A DNA stretch of 63,973 nt, filler included, from an uncultured bacterium (GTDB lineage: Bacteria; DAOPZR01): NCBI GenBank assembly GCA_964637655.1. It is 4 parts of 4 records of this genome, joined end to end, with 100 filler letters (N's around TTAATTAATTAA, not from the genome) between each part and the next. Parts side by side here need not be neighbours in the genome. Positions count along the whole stretch, not along the records: positions 33,629 to 50,241 come from CAZWUZ010000044.1; positions 50,342 to 63,973 come from CAZWUZ010000079.1; 2 more parts are not named here. One strand, 5' to 3'. Of the stretch, positions 46,842 through 58,471 are shown piece after piece. Under the pieces are notes generated by a model. That model made no database searches. It had not been told where the DNA came from and saw only the letters and a program-made list of their open reading frames with translations. The position numbers and the translations under genes are program-made. Within the stretch, counting starts at the first letter, position 1. Each line of letters starts with the position of its first letter.

Positions 46842-47903
46842 CTAGTAAATCAGTTGGTAGAAGCCGACGGCCAGCAGCGCCCCGATTAGGGGGGTGAGCA
46901 TCCAGCCGACGAAGATCTTGCCCAATACCTTATAACTTATCGCGTGCCCCCCCTGCAACAGACCGATGCCGAGCACGGAACCGACAATGGCCTGGGAGGA
47001 GGAGACCGGCACCTTGAGCCAGGTGAAGAACATCAGCGACAGCGAGTGGGCGAAGACGGTGATCATGGCGGCGAACGGGTCGAGCGCGGTGATGCTGTTG
47101 CCGACCGTCATCATGACCTTCTTGCTGTAGGTGATGGCACCCGCCGCGATGGCCAGGCCGCCGAGCAGCGCGGCGATGAAGGCGGGGTCGGTATACCAGT
47201 GCACCACCGGTGCGTGCGGGTCGCCGAACATCCCCGCGTTGAAGTAGGGGGCGGTGGTGACGACGACGTTGTTGGCCCCCAGTTCGTAGGCGCCGTAGGC
47301 GCCGGCGATGAGCAGCAGCCAGCGGTAGACGCGGTTGAGTTTGGCCAGGTCGCTGCCGGCGAACAACTTGATGATGGCGGCGACAACCTTGTAGAGCAGG
47401 ACCGTGATCAGCGCCGTGCCGACGGGATTGCCCACCCAGCAGGCGAACATTTTTCCCAGTTTGCCCCAGTCGACCTGCGCGATGCCCGCGGTACAGACGG
47501 TGATGCCGATGAGCGCGCCGACCGCCGCCTGCGAGCAGGAGGAGGGGACCGCGGCCCAGGTCATGATGAGGATGGTGATGGCGGCGGCGAGGGTGGTGAA
47601 GAAGGCGATGGTATTGGCGCGCTGCTGTGCGGCTGCCGCATCCGCGGCACTGGCACCCGCCGCGACCTGACCCGAGGCCTGCGCACTGCCGCCGAAATCC
47701 ATGTGGTGAAACAGTTCCCGCCCGTGGATGCAGGAGCCGAGCAGGGCGAAAATGGCGATGATGATGACCGCGGTGCGGAAGCGCACTAACCCGGTGGCCA
47801 CCGCGGTGCCGAAGATGTTGGCGGAATCGTTGGCCCCCACCCCCCAGCCGAGGAAGAGCCCGCCGAACAGTTTCCACGAGAAGAGTTTTGCCAGCAGCCC
47901 CAT
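46842..47903 (-). CDS. PiT family inorganic phosphate/anion transporter
   Basis: GVGANDSANIFGTAV, PSSCSQA, GANN, PVSSSQAIVG. Confidence 0.9.
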   Translation of the reverse strand: MGLLAKLFSWKLFGGLFLGWGVGANDSANIFGTAVATGLVRFRTAVIIIAIFALLGSCIHGRELFHHMDFGGSAQASGQVAAGASAADAAAAQQRANTIAFFTTLAAAITILIMTWAAVPSSCSQAAVGALIGITVCTAGIAQVDWGKLGKMFACWVGNPVGTALITVLLYKVVAAIIKLFAGSDLAKLNRVYRWLLLIAGAYGAYELGANNVVVTTAPYFNAGMFGDPHAPVVHWYTDPAFIAALLGGLAIAAGAITYSKKVMMTVGNSITALDPFAAMITVFAHSLSLMFFTWLKVPVSSSQAIVGSVLGIGLLQGGHAISYKVLGKIFVGWMLTPLIGALLAVGFYQLIY

Positions 47904-48059
47904 GCAGCACGCCTCGGCGGTAGGTCACCGTGTCTCTATGCATACCACAAGCGGCAAACAAATACAACCAGCAAAGGCAACAAACGTCGCTACCCGTTGT
48001 GCGGCAGGAAAATACCGGAACCTGCCGACGCTGATGCCGGGCTGCAACTGCGCAGGCAG

Positions 48060-48088
48060 TTGACAAAACGGGAAGGCAGGAGTATTCT
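48060..48088 (+). promoter_or_regulatory. Sigma70-type promoter for fdrA
   Basis: TTGACA, 17-bp spacer, TATTCT. Confidence 0.6.
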
Positions 48089-48149
48089 GTTTCCGGCAGT
48101 TGGTCCATTCCCGTGCCGGCAGGTGCGGCGCGCGGCGGAGAAACCGGTG

Positions 48150-49676
48150 ATGATCAGAAACATCGTGATGCGGGACCGTTACCTTGATTCGGTGGTGCTG
48201 ATGGCGGTGGCGGGGAAAGCCAAGGCGCTCCCCGGCGTGGAGGAAGTGTCGGCGATGATGGGGACGGAGTCGAGCAAGGCCATCCTCAAGAACGCGGGGA
48301 TTCTCGCGCCCGAAGGGGCGGCGGCAGCGGCCGGCGACCTGATCATCGCCATGCGGGTGAGCGACGCGGCGGCGGCGGACAAGGTGGTCGCGGCCATTGA
48401 ACAACTGCTCAATGCCAAGGACAGTGGCGACGGGGAACAGCAGGCGGCGCCGCGCAGCATCGCGGCGGCGGCTGAGCGCCAGCCCGGCAGCAACCTCGCC
48501 TTTTTCTCACTGCCCGGCCCGTTCGTCAAACGCGAAGCCATGGCGGCGCTGAACGCCGGGATGAACTGCATGATCTTCAGCGACAACGTAACAGTTGAGG
48601 AAGAAGTGGCGCTGAAAAACCGCGCGGCGGAACTCGGGCTGCTGGTGATGGGACCCGACTGCGGCACGGCCATCATCGGCGGGGCGGCGCTCGGCTTTGC
48701 CAACGTCATGCCGCGCGGCCCGGTCGGCATCGTCGGCGCCTCGGGGACGGGCATCCAGCAGGTGTCGTGCATCCTCGCCAACCGCGGCATCGGGGTTGCG
48801 CAGGCCATCGGCCTGGGCGGTCGCGACTTGTCGCCGCAGGTGGGCGGCATCATGATGCTGCAGGGGGTCAAGGCCCTGGCCGCTGACCCGGCAATAGAGA
48901 TCATCGTGCTCATTTCGAAGCCGCCGGCGCCCGAGGTGGCGACGAAGGTGCTGGACGCGGCGAAAGCGTGCGGCAAAAAAATCGTGGTCAACTTCCTCAA
49001 GGGTGATCCCGAAGCGGCGGCGCGGCGCAACCTGCCGTTTGCCGATTCGCTCGAAGCGGCGGCGGAACTGACCATCGCCACCCTGCAGGGGCGTCCCTAC
49101 ACCGCGCGCGATTTCGACGACGCGAAGCACGTGGAACAGCTGCTGACGGCGACAAGAGAGGGGCTGTCGGGACGCTTCATTCGCGGGCTCTACTCGGGTG
49201 GGACCCTGGCGGACGAGGCGTTGCTGCTGCTGTCACGCAAGGGGATCGACTGCACGAGCAACATCCCGCTCAAGCCCGGTCTGGCGCTGTCGGACAGCAA
49301 CGTGTCACAGGGGCACTGTGTCGTTGACCTCGGCGACGACGAGTTTACGAAGGGGCGGCCGCACCCGATGATCGATTTCACGCTGCGCTGCGAGCGACTG
49401 CTGCAGGAGGCGAAGGACCCTGAGACGCGGGTCATTCTGCTTGACATCGGGCCGGGCTACGGGTCGCATCCCGACCCGGCGGGGGCGATCATCCCGGCCA
49501 TCGAGGCGGGCATGAAGGCGGCGGGGCGGAAACTGGCGGTGGTGGCGTCGGTGTGCGGCACTGACGGCGATCCGCAGCCGCGGCACGCGCAGGCAACCCG
49601 GCTGGCGGCGGCGGGCGTCATCCTGCTGCCGACGAACGCGCAGGCGGCGCGGTTCGCCGCGCGGCTGCTGGCGTAA
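48150..49676 (+). CDS. fdrA: FdrA family acyl-CoA synthetase-like protein
   Basis: YLDSVVLM, MIFSDNV, MGPDCGT, GASGTG, GGRDLS, GLYSGGTL, GRPHPMID. Confidence 0.9.
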   Translation: MIRNIVMRDRYLDSVVLMAVAGKAKALPGVEEVSAMMGTESSKAILKNAGILAPEGAAAAAGDLIIAMRVSDAAAADKVVAAIEQLLNAKDSGDGEQQAAPRSIAAAAERQPGSNLAFFSLPGPFVKREAMAALNAGMNCMIFSDNVTVEEEVALKNRAAELGLLVMGPDCGTAIIGGAALGFANVMPRGPVGIVGASGTGIQQVSCILANRGIGVAQAIGLGGRDLSPQVGGIMMLQGVKALAADPAIEIIVLISKPPAPEVATKVLDAAKACGKKIVVNFLKGDPEAAARRNLPFADSLEAAAELTIATLQGRPYTARDFDDAKHVEQLLTATREGLSGRFIRGLYSGGTLADEALLLLSRKGIDCTSNIPLKPGLALSDSNVSQGHCVVDLGDDEFTKGRPHPMIDFTLRCERLLQEAKDPETRVILLDIGPGYGSHPDPAGAIIPAIEAGMKAAGRKLAVVASVCGTDGDPQPRHAQATRLAAAGVILLPTNAQAARFAARLLA

Positions 49677-49681
49677 GGGGG

Positions 49682-50241
49682 ATGACCATGGAAAAGATTG
49701 CGGCGATGCTCAATAACGGCCCGGTGGTGGTTTCGCTCGGCCTGAAATCGTTTACGGAGGAACTGCAGCGGCAGCAGGTGCCGGTCATGCATGTCGACTG
49801 GAAGCCGCCGGCGGGCGGGGATGCGAAACTCCTCGACCTGCTCGACCGTCTCACGGAGCCGGCGCTGGCGGCGAAAATCGCGGCGGCGAACGACGCGGCG
49901 GCGGAGAAAATGCTGCAGGCGCAGCCGGTGCTCGTCGACCTCGTCCCCGCGCGCGAGGCCATCCCGGCACTGGCGGCCAAGAAACTGCTGCTGCACGCGG
50001 GGCCGCCGCTGACCTGGGCGACGATGCCCGGGCCCATCCGCGGCGCGGTGAGGGGCGCCTGCGTCTACGAGGGCTGGGCGAAGAATATCAAGGAAGCAGA
50101 ACAGCTGGCGGCGTCGGGCGCGATCGACTTCGCCCCCTGCCACCATTACAACACGGTCGGCCCGATGGCGGGCCTCGTCTCCCCCTCGATGTGGATGTTC
50201 GCGGTGAAGAACGAGGCGTTCGGCAACACCGCCTACTGCTC
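49682..50241 (+). CDS. ylbE: YlbE/DUF1116 family protein (3' truncated)
   Basis: VDWKPPAGG, LLHAGPP, PCHHYNTVGPMAG; follows fdrA. Confidence 0.85.
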
Positions 50242-50341
50242 NNNNNNNNNNNNNNNNNNNNNNNNNNNNNNNNNNNNNNNNNNNNTTAATTAATTAANNN
50301 NNNNNNNNNNNNNNNNNNNNNNNNNNNNNNNNNNNNNNNNN
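50242..50341. other. Artificial contig spacer
   Basis: N44 + TTAATTAATTAA + N44. Confidence 0.97.
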
Positions 50342-53300
50342 CTTGGTGCAGACCGCGGAATCGATGCTGTTGCCGGTGCTGCGCACGTTGCCGGCCCGGT
50401 CCACCGCGCGCACGCGGTAGTAGTAGGCGACTCCGGCGGTCAGGCCGCTGCCGGTTACCGTGTATTCCGATACGGTGACGGTATCGAGCAGCGAGCCGGC
50501 AGTCGCGCTGGTGTCCGACTGCCAGACCTGATAGTACGCGACGCCGCTGGTGGCATCGCTGCCGTCAGACCACTGCAAGGCGATGTCGCCGTCACTCTGC
50601 GCGGTGGCCTCGAGGTCGGCGACGGCATCAGGTGCGGTTGCGTCGTAGTAGAGGGCGGCGGCCGCACGCAGCAGGCAGTTCATGTTGCCGAGGTTGTCTT
50701 TGCCGTAGAGATAGAAGGTGGTTGCTCCTTCCGCCGGCGCCATGAGCCCGCTGAGCGAGGTGCCCGTGACATAGGTGTCATTGCCGTTTGCCGCCGGGGC
50801 ATTGCCGAGCGTGTAGTAGTAGCCGGCCACGCCGCATGTGTCGCGCGACGCTGTCCAGGAGGCAGTAAAGGCGTTGCTCTGGCTCCAGGTGCCCGGGGTG
50901 ATGCTGAGGGCGGCGGGGATGGTCGGCGCGGTATTGTCCTGCGTGGAGAACTCGACCGTCGACCAGTCGCTGACGACACCCGTGCCGTTTGCCGCGCGGC
51001 TGTGGCGTACCCGGAAGTAGTATTTCGTATGGTTGGCGAGCGTGGTGAACGTGTAGCTGAACGTTTCGGCGTTGCTCCCCCCCTCGTTGACCCAGCCGCT
51101 GTTGGCGTAGACGGACGTAAAGGTGCCGGCGGTGTCGCACTCGGCGTAATAGCTGCCGGTGTCGTTGCTGCGGTCGACCACGTTCCAGATGACAAGGTTG
51201 GTGTCGCCGGCGGTATAGGCGGGCTCGGCATTGAGCGACGGGGTGAACGAACCGGTGTCAGCGGTGGCGGAGTCAGCGATATTGTCCGTGCTGACGTTCT
51301 CATTCGCTGCATTATCCACGGCGCGCACCGTATACCAATAGGTAGTGCCATTGACCGTGGCGGTGTCGGAGTAGGTGCTCCCCGCTACCTGCTGATCCGT
51401 GCTGATCTGCGCGCCGAGTGAGGCGCTGCTGGTGCTGCGGTAGATGCGGTAGAAGGCAATGCCCGAAGTGGCGTCACCTGCCGCCGACCAGGTGAGGCGG
51501 ATCTCGCCGCCGGCCTGGGGACTGGCGAGCAGGCCGGTGACCGCGGTGGGCGGGGCCTGGTCGATGGTGGTGCTGACGATGGCGGAGAGCGCGGTGTTGC
51601 CGGCGACGTCGATCGTGCGCAGGCGGTAGCTGTACGCGGTGCCGTCGAGCACGCTGTTGTCCGTGTAGCCGGTGGCCGTGCTGTCGAGCGCGGCGATCTC
51701 CACGTAGCCGGCACCGCTGTCGCAGAGGATAACGTAGGTGTCGAGCCCGCTGACATCATCGCTGCCGGGGTCGACGGTCCAGGAGAGCGACACGCTGGCG
51801 GCGCTGGTCCAGGCATTGAGCGCGGCCAGCGACGCGGCGTCGGTGACCGTGATGTCCTGCACCGAGGTGACGGTGTTCGACCAGGTGCCGATATTGCCGG
51901 CGGCGTCCTTCGCCCGCACGCGGTACCAGTAGGCCTGCCCGTTGCTCAGCGAAGCGAAGATGTACGCGGTGTCGCTGACCCACCCGGAGACATCAACCGG
52001 GGTGGCGAAGGATGAACTGTCGTCGCACTCGAAGTAATAGTGTGCCGCACCGGCCGGGGCGGTGCAGGAGAGGGTATTGGACGAGGTCGGCGAGTAGGCG
52101 GGCTCGCTGTTCATGACCGGTGCGCCGGGTGCGGCCTTGTCGCACGTCGCACTGTCCTGGTAATTGCCGCTGTACATGTTCTCCAGCCAGACATTGTCCA
52201 CGCCGCGCACGGTGTACCAGTAGGTGGTGCCGTCACCCAGGTGGGTTGGGGAGTCGTAATATGACGTGGCGGTGGTCGTGTCGATGAGCGAACCGAGTGT
52301 GCCGGCGGCGCTGCTGCGGAAAATGCGGTAGTGTCGCGTGCCGCTGGTCGTGTCGGTCACCGCGTTCCACGACAGGGCGATGGTACCGCCGGCAGTGGCG
52401 GTGGCGTCGACCGTCACCACCGGCGGCGGGGTGCTGTCCTGCGTGGAATTGACCGTCCCCGACCAGCCGCCGCTGCTGCCGGACCCGCCGGGCGCCGTAT
52501 TGGCCCGCACGCGGAAGTAATGGGTGACGCCGTCGCGCAAGCCGGTAAAGGTGACACTGTAGGTGGTGGCGGCGGTGCTGTTGACCCACGCGGCGGTGCT
52601 CTCCGCCGGGGCGGCAAAGGCGGCATCCGTGTCGCAGACGAACTGGTAGCTGCCGCCGCTGACGCTCGAATCGCAGGTGACGGTGTTGGCGGTGCCGTAC
52701 GTGTAGAGTGGCTCGCTGTGCATGGCCGGGGTCATCGATGAAGCGTCCGCCGTTGCCGAGGCGGTGTCATTGAGCGCTGAGGTGTTCTCCCAGCGGGCAT
52801 TATCCACCGCGTGCACGGTGTACCAGTAGGTGGTGGCATCGACGGTCGTGGTATCGGTGTAGGCGCCGGTGGTGGTGACGGTGTCGGGGTTGATCTGCGT
52901 GCCGAGCGCCCCCGCGACCAGGCTGCGGTAGACGCGGTAGAAACTGACTCCGCTGACGCTGTCACTCACCGCTGTCCAGGTCAGGTTGATGCGTCCCGCC
53001 GCTGCCGCGGTGGCGGTGAGGTCATAGATGATGCCGGGGGCGGCGGTGTCGACGGTGGTGCTGACGCTGTTCGAAGTGGCGCTGTTGCCGGCATAATCGT
53101 AGGTTTTTACCTGGTAGGCGTAGGTATACCCGGCAAGACGGCCGGTATCGGTGCGGCTGGTGTCGCTCGCGATGCTGCCGGTCCAGACCTCGCTGTAGGC
53201 GCCGCCGTCCGTGCTGCGCAGCAGCCCGTAGCGCCAGATGCCGGCGGTGCTGTCGGAACCGGTATCGGCGCTCCAGCTGATGGTGATGCTGCCGGACGTG

Positions 53301-56300
53301 TCGTAGGTGCTGAGCGCGGCCGGCTGGGCGGGGCGTGGCGCGGTCTTGTCAATCCTGATGGTGATGCACTGCGGAGCCTCGGCGTTGCCGGCGTTGTCGG
53401 CCGAGTAGTATTCCACCTGGTGGACGCTGTCCGAGGCGAGCCCGATGCCGCTGCTGTAGAGCCCGTACGTGTTGACCAGCGAGGTGTTGGCTGACGGCAC
53501 GCTTCCCCAGTTCCACGAGAGGCCGGTGCTGCCGTCCCCCTTGTTCACCCCGACCGTGACCCCGCTGGTATAGCCGATGGTGTCATAGGAAAGGATGATG
53601 CGCCCGCTCGGGAAGAGCGTCGCCTGGAAGGTCGAGGGGGCGTTCAGGGCGCTCTCCTTGTGGTAGAGCTCGTGGTACTGCACGACGAAAGAATCGGGAT
53701 TGTAGCGCTTGTAGTAGACCTCGGTGAGGCGCCCCATGTCATCCCACAGCGGGGCAATGGCGTTTTTGGTAAGGTAGTTGGTGGTGCCGCCGTCAGCGCA
53801 GGGGAACTGCTGGTTAGGTGACACGTAGCCGCCGGCATAGGTCGAATCGAACATATAGCCCATGCCGATAAGCGACATGCCCGACAGCGTGCTGCCATAG
53901 AGCGGGAAATTGAAGTAGAAGGGGAGCGTGTTGATCGCCAGCGTATCGACCGTGGTGGGGGTTCCCACTCCAGTCGAGAGCTCTGTCCAGGTGTAGCAGT
54001 AGGGGTAGAAATTGCTGTTGTAGGTGAACGCGCTGTCGGTGACGTAGTAGGAGGCAGCTGCGCCTGACTGCGTGTCGGTGACCGACAGGGTCAGCGACCC
54101 GCTGCTGTTGTACCAGCCGTTGCTGCCGAGCGTGCCGCTGAATGACGCTTCGGTCACCGGCGGCATGCTGTCCTTGACGATGAACGACCAGGTGGCGGTC
54201 GGTGCGGTCGTGTCGCGCGCGTCGCTGGTATAGGCGCGCCAGTACCAGGTACCCGCGCTGAGAACGTCCGTGGTGACGCAGTTGCTCCCCCAGGCGCCGT
54301 CATACTCGGGCGAACCGAAGGCGGGGTCGTTGTCGACCTGGATGCGGTAGTACACCTTGTCCTCGTCGGCGTCGGTGACGGGGTTGACGATGAGGGTAGC
54401 GCTGTTGTCCGTTGTCCAGCTGCCATTCGCGGGCGACTTGACCGTGGCGGCGGGGGGGGCAGTGTTAGCATAGCGCAGGTAGACGATGGCGTACGGGGCG
54501 CTGCTCCCCTCCGTCCAGATGATGTCCGCGCTGCCGTCCGCGGCCGCCGCTGCTGTGGCGTTGGGATAGCGCTCGACCGTGGCGGAATTGGTCGAATGGC
54601 TGCGTATGCCGTCCGTATACAGATGGTTCCACCCGCCGGTCGACAGCGAACCCAGGGCCGGGTCGTACTGGTTGTGGTACAGGTCGGTCTGGCCGCCGGT
54701 GGTCAGCGCGTAGAGGAGGATGATCTGGTTGTCGTTGGCGGTGATCAGCGGCACCTCGAACCGGTCGCTGCCTGACACCTGGTCAATGCCGACGATGGAG
54801 GACCAGGTGTTGTTTGCCCGCCGCTTGGTGGCCAGGTAGCAGGTGCTGCCGCTGCGGTAGAGGTAGACGGCGTGGACGCGGTCCTGCAGGTCGATGACGC
54901 AGGTGGCGCTGCTTTCGTCGGCGGTCGTGTAGGCGAAGTTTTCCGAGGAGGAATAGGCGTTGTTGTAGTAGTACTTCGCCTTGACGTCGCAGTCGTCAAC
55001 CGCATAGTAGTCGTCGTAGAGGAACCAGACAGTATCGCTGCCGGGACGCGAAGCGACGTTGATGAGGGGGCGCTTGACCCCGCAATTGTCGAGGTTGGTA
55101 TAGCCCGCCCACCCGCCGGTGCGGAAGTTGTGCTGCCGCACGGTGACGTAGCGCGTGGCGCCGTTGTCCGATGACATGCCGATGACCAGCGAGTCGCTGC
55201 CGACCTGGGCCATGGAGGGGAACATGTTGTAGTTGTAGCCGGCGGCGAAATTGTCGGACACCTGCTTCCAGCTGCTCCACGTGGCGCCGCCGTCAGTCGA
55301 ACGCTTGTAGTTGACCTCGTAGAGCGTGGCGCTGTACTTTGTCGTCCAGGTGACGTGGATGGTGTCGGTGGTGTCGACCGCGAGTGCCGGCGTGCTGTCG
55401 GTATAGGCGGCGCTGTCGCTGACGTTGACCGGGGTGCCCCATGCCACGCCGTTGTTGGTGCTCTTCACGCAGTAAATCTCGCCGTTGTTGGGGAAGACGA
55501 CGTAGATGTTGCCGTTGCTGTCACGGGCCACCCGCCGGGCATTATTGTAGGCGGTGGCCCACGGCAGGTCACTTTCGAAGGTGGTCGAGGCGGTGGTGGT
55601 GCTCAGTTGCGACGAGAGCGGCCCGATGTTGCCGACCCGGTCGACGCATGCCAGCTTGAAGTAGTAGGTGGTGTTCGGGGTGAGGTTGCCCACTGCCGCC
55701 GCCGCGGTGGTGACGGTGCTGAGTGCCGCCTCGCTGCTCACGTCCCAGGAGCTGCTCGACGTCGAAGCGGGGTTCGACTGGCTGTAGTAGATGCGGTACG
55801 TGTAAAAGCCCGCGCCGGTGTCCGGGTCGCTGCCGAAGGCGGTCCAGGTGAACGAGACCGCCGTATCGGTCGCGGTGTTGAGGGCGAAGCCGGCGGGGGC
55901 GCCGGCAGCGGCGGCATCCTTGACGCAGGGGAGCAGGCGGGCGGCCGTGGTACAGTTTCCCACCGCGTCGACGACGTAGGCGGTGAGTGTCGTGGCGGGC
56001 TCGTTGGTTCCCACCGCGTAGAGGCGGCTGAACGGCGCAGCGGCGTCCGTTTCCGCGGCGTTGTCTCCCCAGGCGGCAAAATTCGCCTTGCAGGCGGTCG
56101 AGTCATCGACCGTCAGGGTCATGGTCAGCGGCTGGTCGGCGGGCATGGAGGCGCTGAAGTAAAGTGTCTCGCCGCCCTGGTACAGGTACGCGGAGGTCTC
56201 GGTGACGGAAGCGGAGACCGCGCGCGGGGGGGCGTTGTCGACGTAGAAGGTGAAGGCCGCGGCGATGCCGGTTTCGCTGTTGTCGTTATCGCCGCGCAGC

Positions 56301-58471
56301 GAGAGGGTGTAGAGGATTCCGGGCTGCAGGGCGGCGGCGGTGGCGGCAGGCAGGTTCCAGTTGCTGACGAGGACTGAGGTGGTGTCTAGGTTGCCCGCGT
56401 TCTGCGCGCCGAACAGCCAGGTGTCGGCCTGGATGCCGTTGTCAATGCTCCAGCGGACGCTGTTGAGGTTGAGCGTTGAACTGCAGTTGAAGTCGATATT
56501 CAGCGCATTCTGCAGCGCCGCCGGGGTCCACCAGTCGCCGCCGCCCGTGCCGCCATCGGACGCGGTGCCGGCATCGGTGATGGCGGTTTTCGGCGCGCTC
56601 GCCGCGGCTATGGCGACAGCGGGCGAACTGCCGATGGCGGCAACGCGCGAACCGAGGGCATCAGTGCTGACCGTGAACTCGTAATTGCCGCCGGCGGCCG
56701 GGGCGGCGGCGGCACCCGCGGCATCGACAATGGTGTCGCCGTAGTAGACAATGACGGTCTGTCCCGCGGCGGAGGGGGCAACCGGGATAACGATGGTCTG
56801 GCCGCTGACGACCTGGCTGTCGGTGGCGATGACGCCGCGCGCGGCGCTGCCGCCGACGCGGACGTAGCCGGCCGCGGCACTGTTGGTCAGCTGCGGCGCG
56901 GTCCAGCCCGCGGGGACGGTGACCGTCACATAGCCGGCGCGCATGGTCGTGGCGCCGAAGGTGTAGGTGAGGGTCCAGCGGCGTGCTTCGGAAGGGTCGC
57001 CGGTGGCGGGGGCGATGACCGCGGTCCCCTCGCCGGTGGCGGTGGTATGGGCGCCGTTGTCAGAGCCCATGGTCGCCCCCTCGTTGCGGAAGGACCAGTC
57101 GGACTTGTCGTTGTTGTCGGTCGAGGAGGCGTCGCGGGCGATGGCATCGCCGTCATCCTCGCCGCTGCTGATGATGCCGGTAGCGCAGTCGAAGGGCATG
57201 GACGTGCCGCCGAGGATGGCCCACTGCCCCGCACTGACCGCGTTGCCGATGTCGGTCTGCAGCGCGGCAGCGAAGGTACTGTTCATATCCGCCCAGAAGC
57301 AGGCGTCGAGAATGGTGTTGTTCTTGTCGCGCAGCATCTCGCCGTCGTCCGTGCCGGTGATGACGATGCTGCTGTTGTAGATATCGTACTGGGTATCGGT
57401 GGCGTTCGTGCCGCTGCCGCCGGTCATCGCGTTCGTATCCGAAGTGCCGGCGGCGTCGTGCAGGATGATATACTCGCCCGCGTTGAGCACCGCCTTGAGC
57501 CCGTCGAGCAGCACGCTGTTGGTGCCATCGAAAATATGCATGCCGCCGGGAATCATGCCCCCGGTGATGACTTTGAGTTCTATCCAGTCGGCTGATGCGT
57601 CCCAGGGGGACACCTCGTTGATACGCAGCGTGGCGGCTGGCCGGAAGGTGAGGGTGAGGGTCTGGTTGACGAGAACGCTGTCAGTGGCGTCGCTGGCGGT
57701 CAGCACGCAGCTGCCGGTGGCGGATGACCTGACGTAGAAGGTCGCCAGCCCGTTGTAGTCCGTGGTGGCCGAGACGGTGGTGATGGTGTCTGTGCTGCCG
57801 CGACTGGAAACGAGGGTGACGGTGCGCCCGGCGACCCCCGTATCCCGCCCGTTATTCAGGGTGACCGTCACCAGGACGCTGTCCGAGCCGTCGGCGCAGA
57901 CGTCGCTGCGCGGGGCGGTGACGGTCGAGGTGGTGGAATCGGTGCACAGGACGGGGCGCGTACCGGCATAGGTAAGCGCCCCGCTGGCGCCTCCGTCGCC
58001 GTCGGTGATGGCGCCGGCGGCGATGCTGGCGTCGGCGCCCTGTCCCTTCGGGGCGTCGCGGCCGATATCGTAGGCGACGTAAAAAGTCCAGGTCTGGTTT
58101 CTCGGGTTTGCGGTGCCGGTGCCGGTGACGGTGGCGACGCTGCCCGCCCACGTGGCGGTGCTGCCGAATTCGGTCTCGTTGCCGTCGAACTGTCCGTTGG
58201 CGGCAGCATCATAGTATACGCGCACGGCATCGACGAAGCCGGTTCCGAGGGTGCCGGCGTTGGTTACCGCGATGCTGGTAATATTGCCGTTGCGGTTGTT
58301 GCTTTCCGCGGCATGGAAACGGAGGACGAGCACGCGCGAATCGCCGCTGTAGGCATTGACACCGGCGGAGTCGGCGAGGGCGGTATAGGTGAGGACCGGG
58401 TTGGCGGCAAAAGCGGGCCCGCCCAGAGCCAGCACGAGAATGGCTGCGAGCAGCGGCAGGAGGAACCTCAC
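50342..58471 (-). CDS. Giant secreted multi-domain surface protein (Ig-like, lamin-tail, Asp-box, nidogen-like, FN3 repeats), 3' truncated
   Basis: About 2710 codons open to the spacer; signal peptide (VRFLLPLL...PAFA); LRINEV..DWIEL; STDGGATW; IAPLWDD; repeated YWY.VRAVDN; GTG 58471 overlaps the upstream stop. Confidence 0.88.

Noticed and set aside
48150-50241. fdrA-ylbE as a novel pathway
   Set aside because: Known gene pair from the E. coli allantoin/oxamate catabolic region; truncated here with nothing unusual visible.
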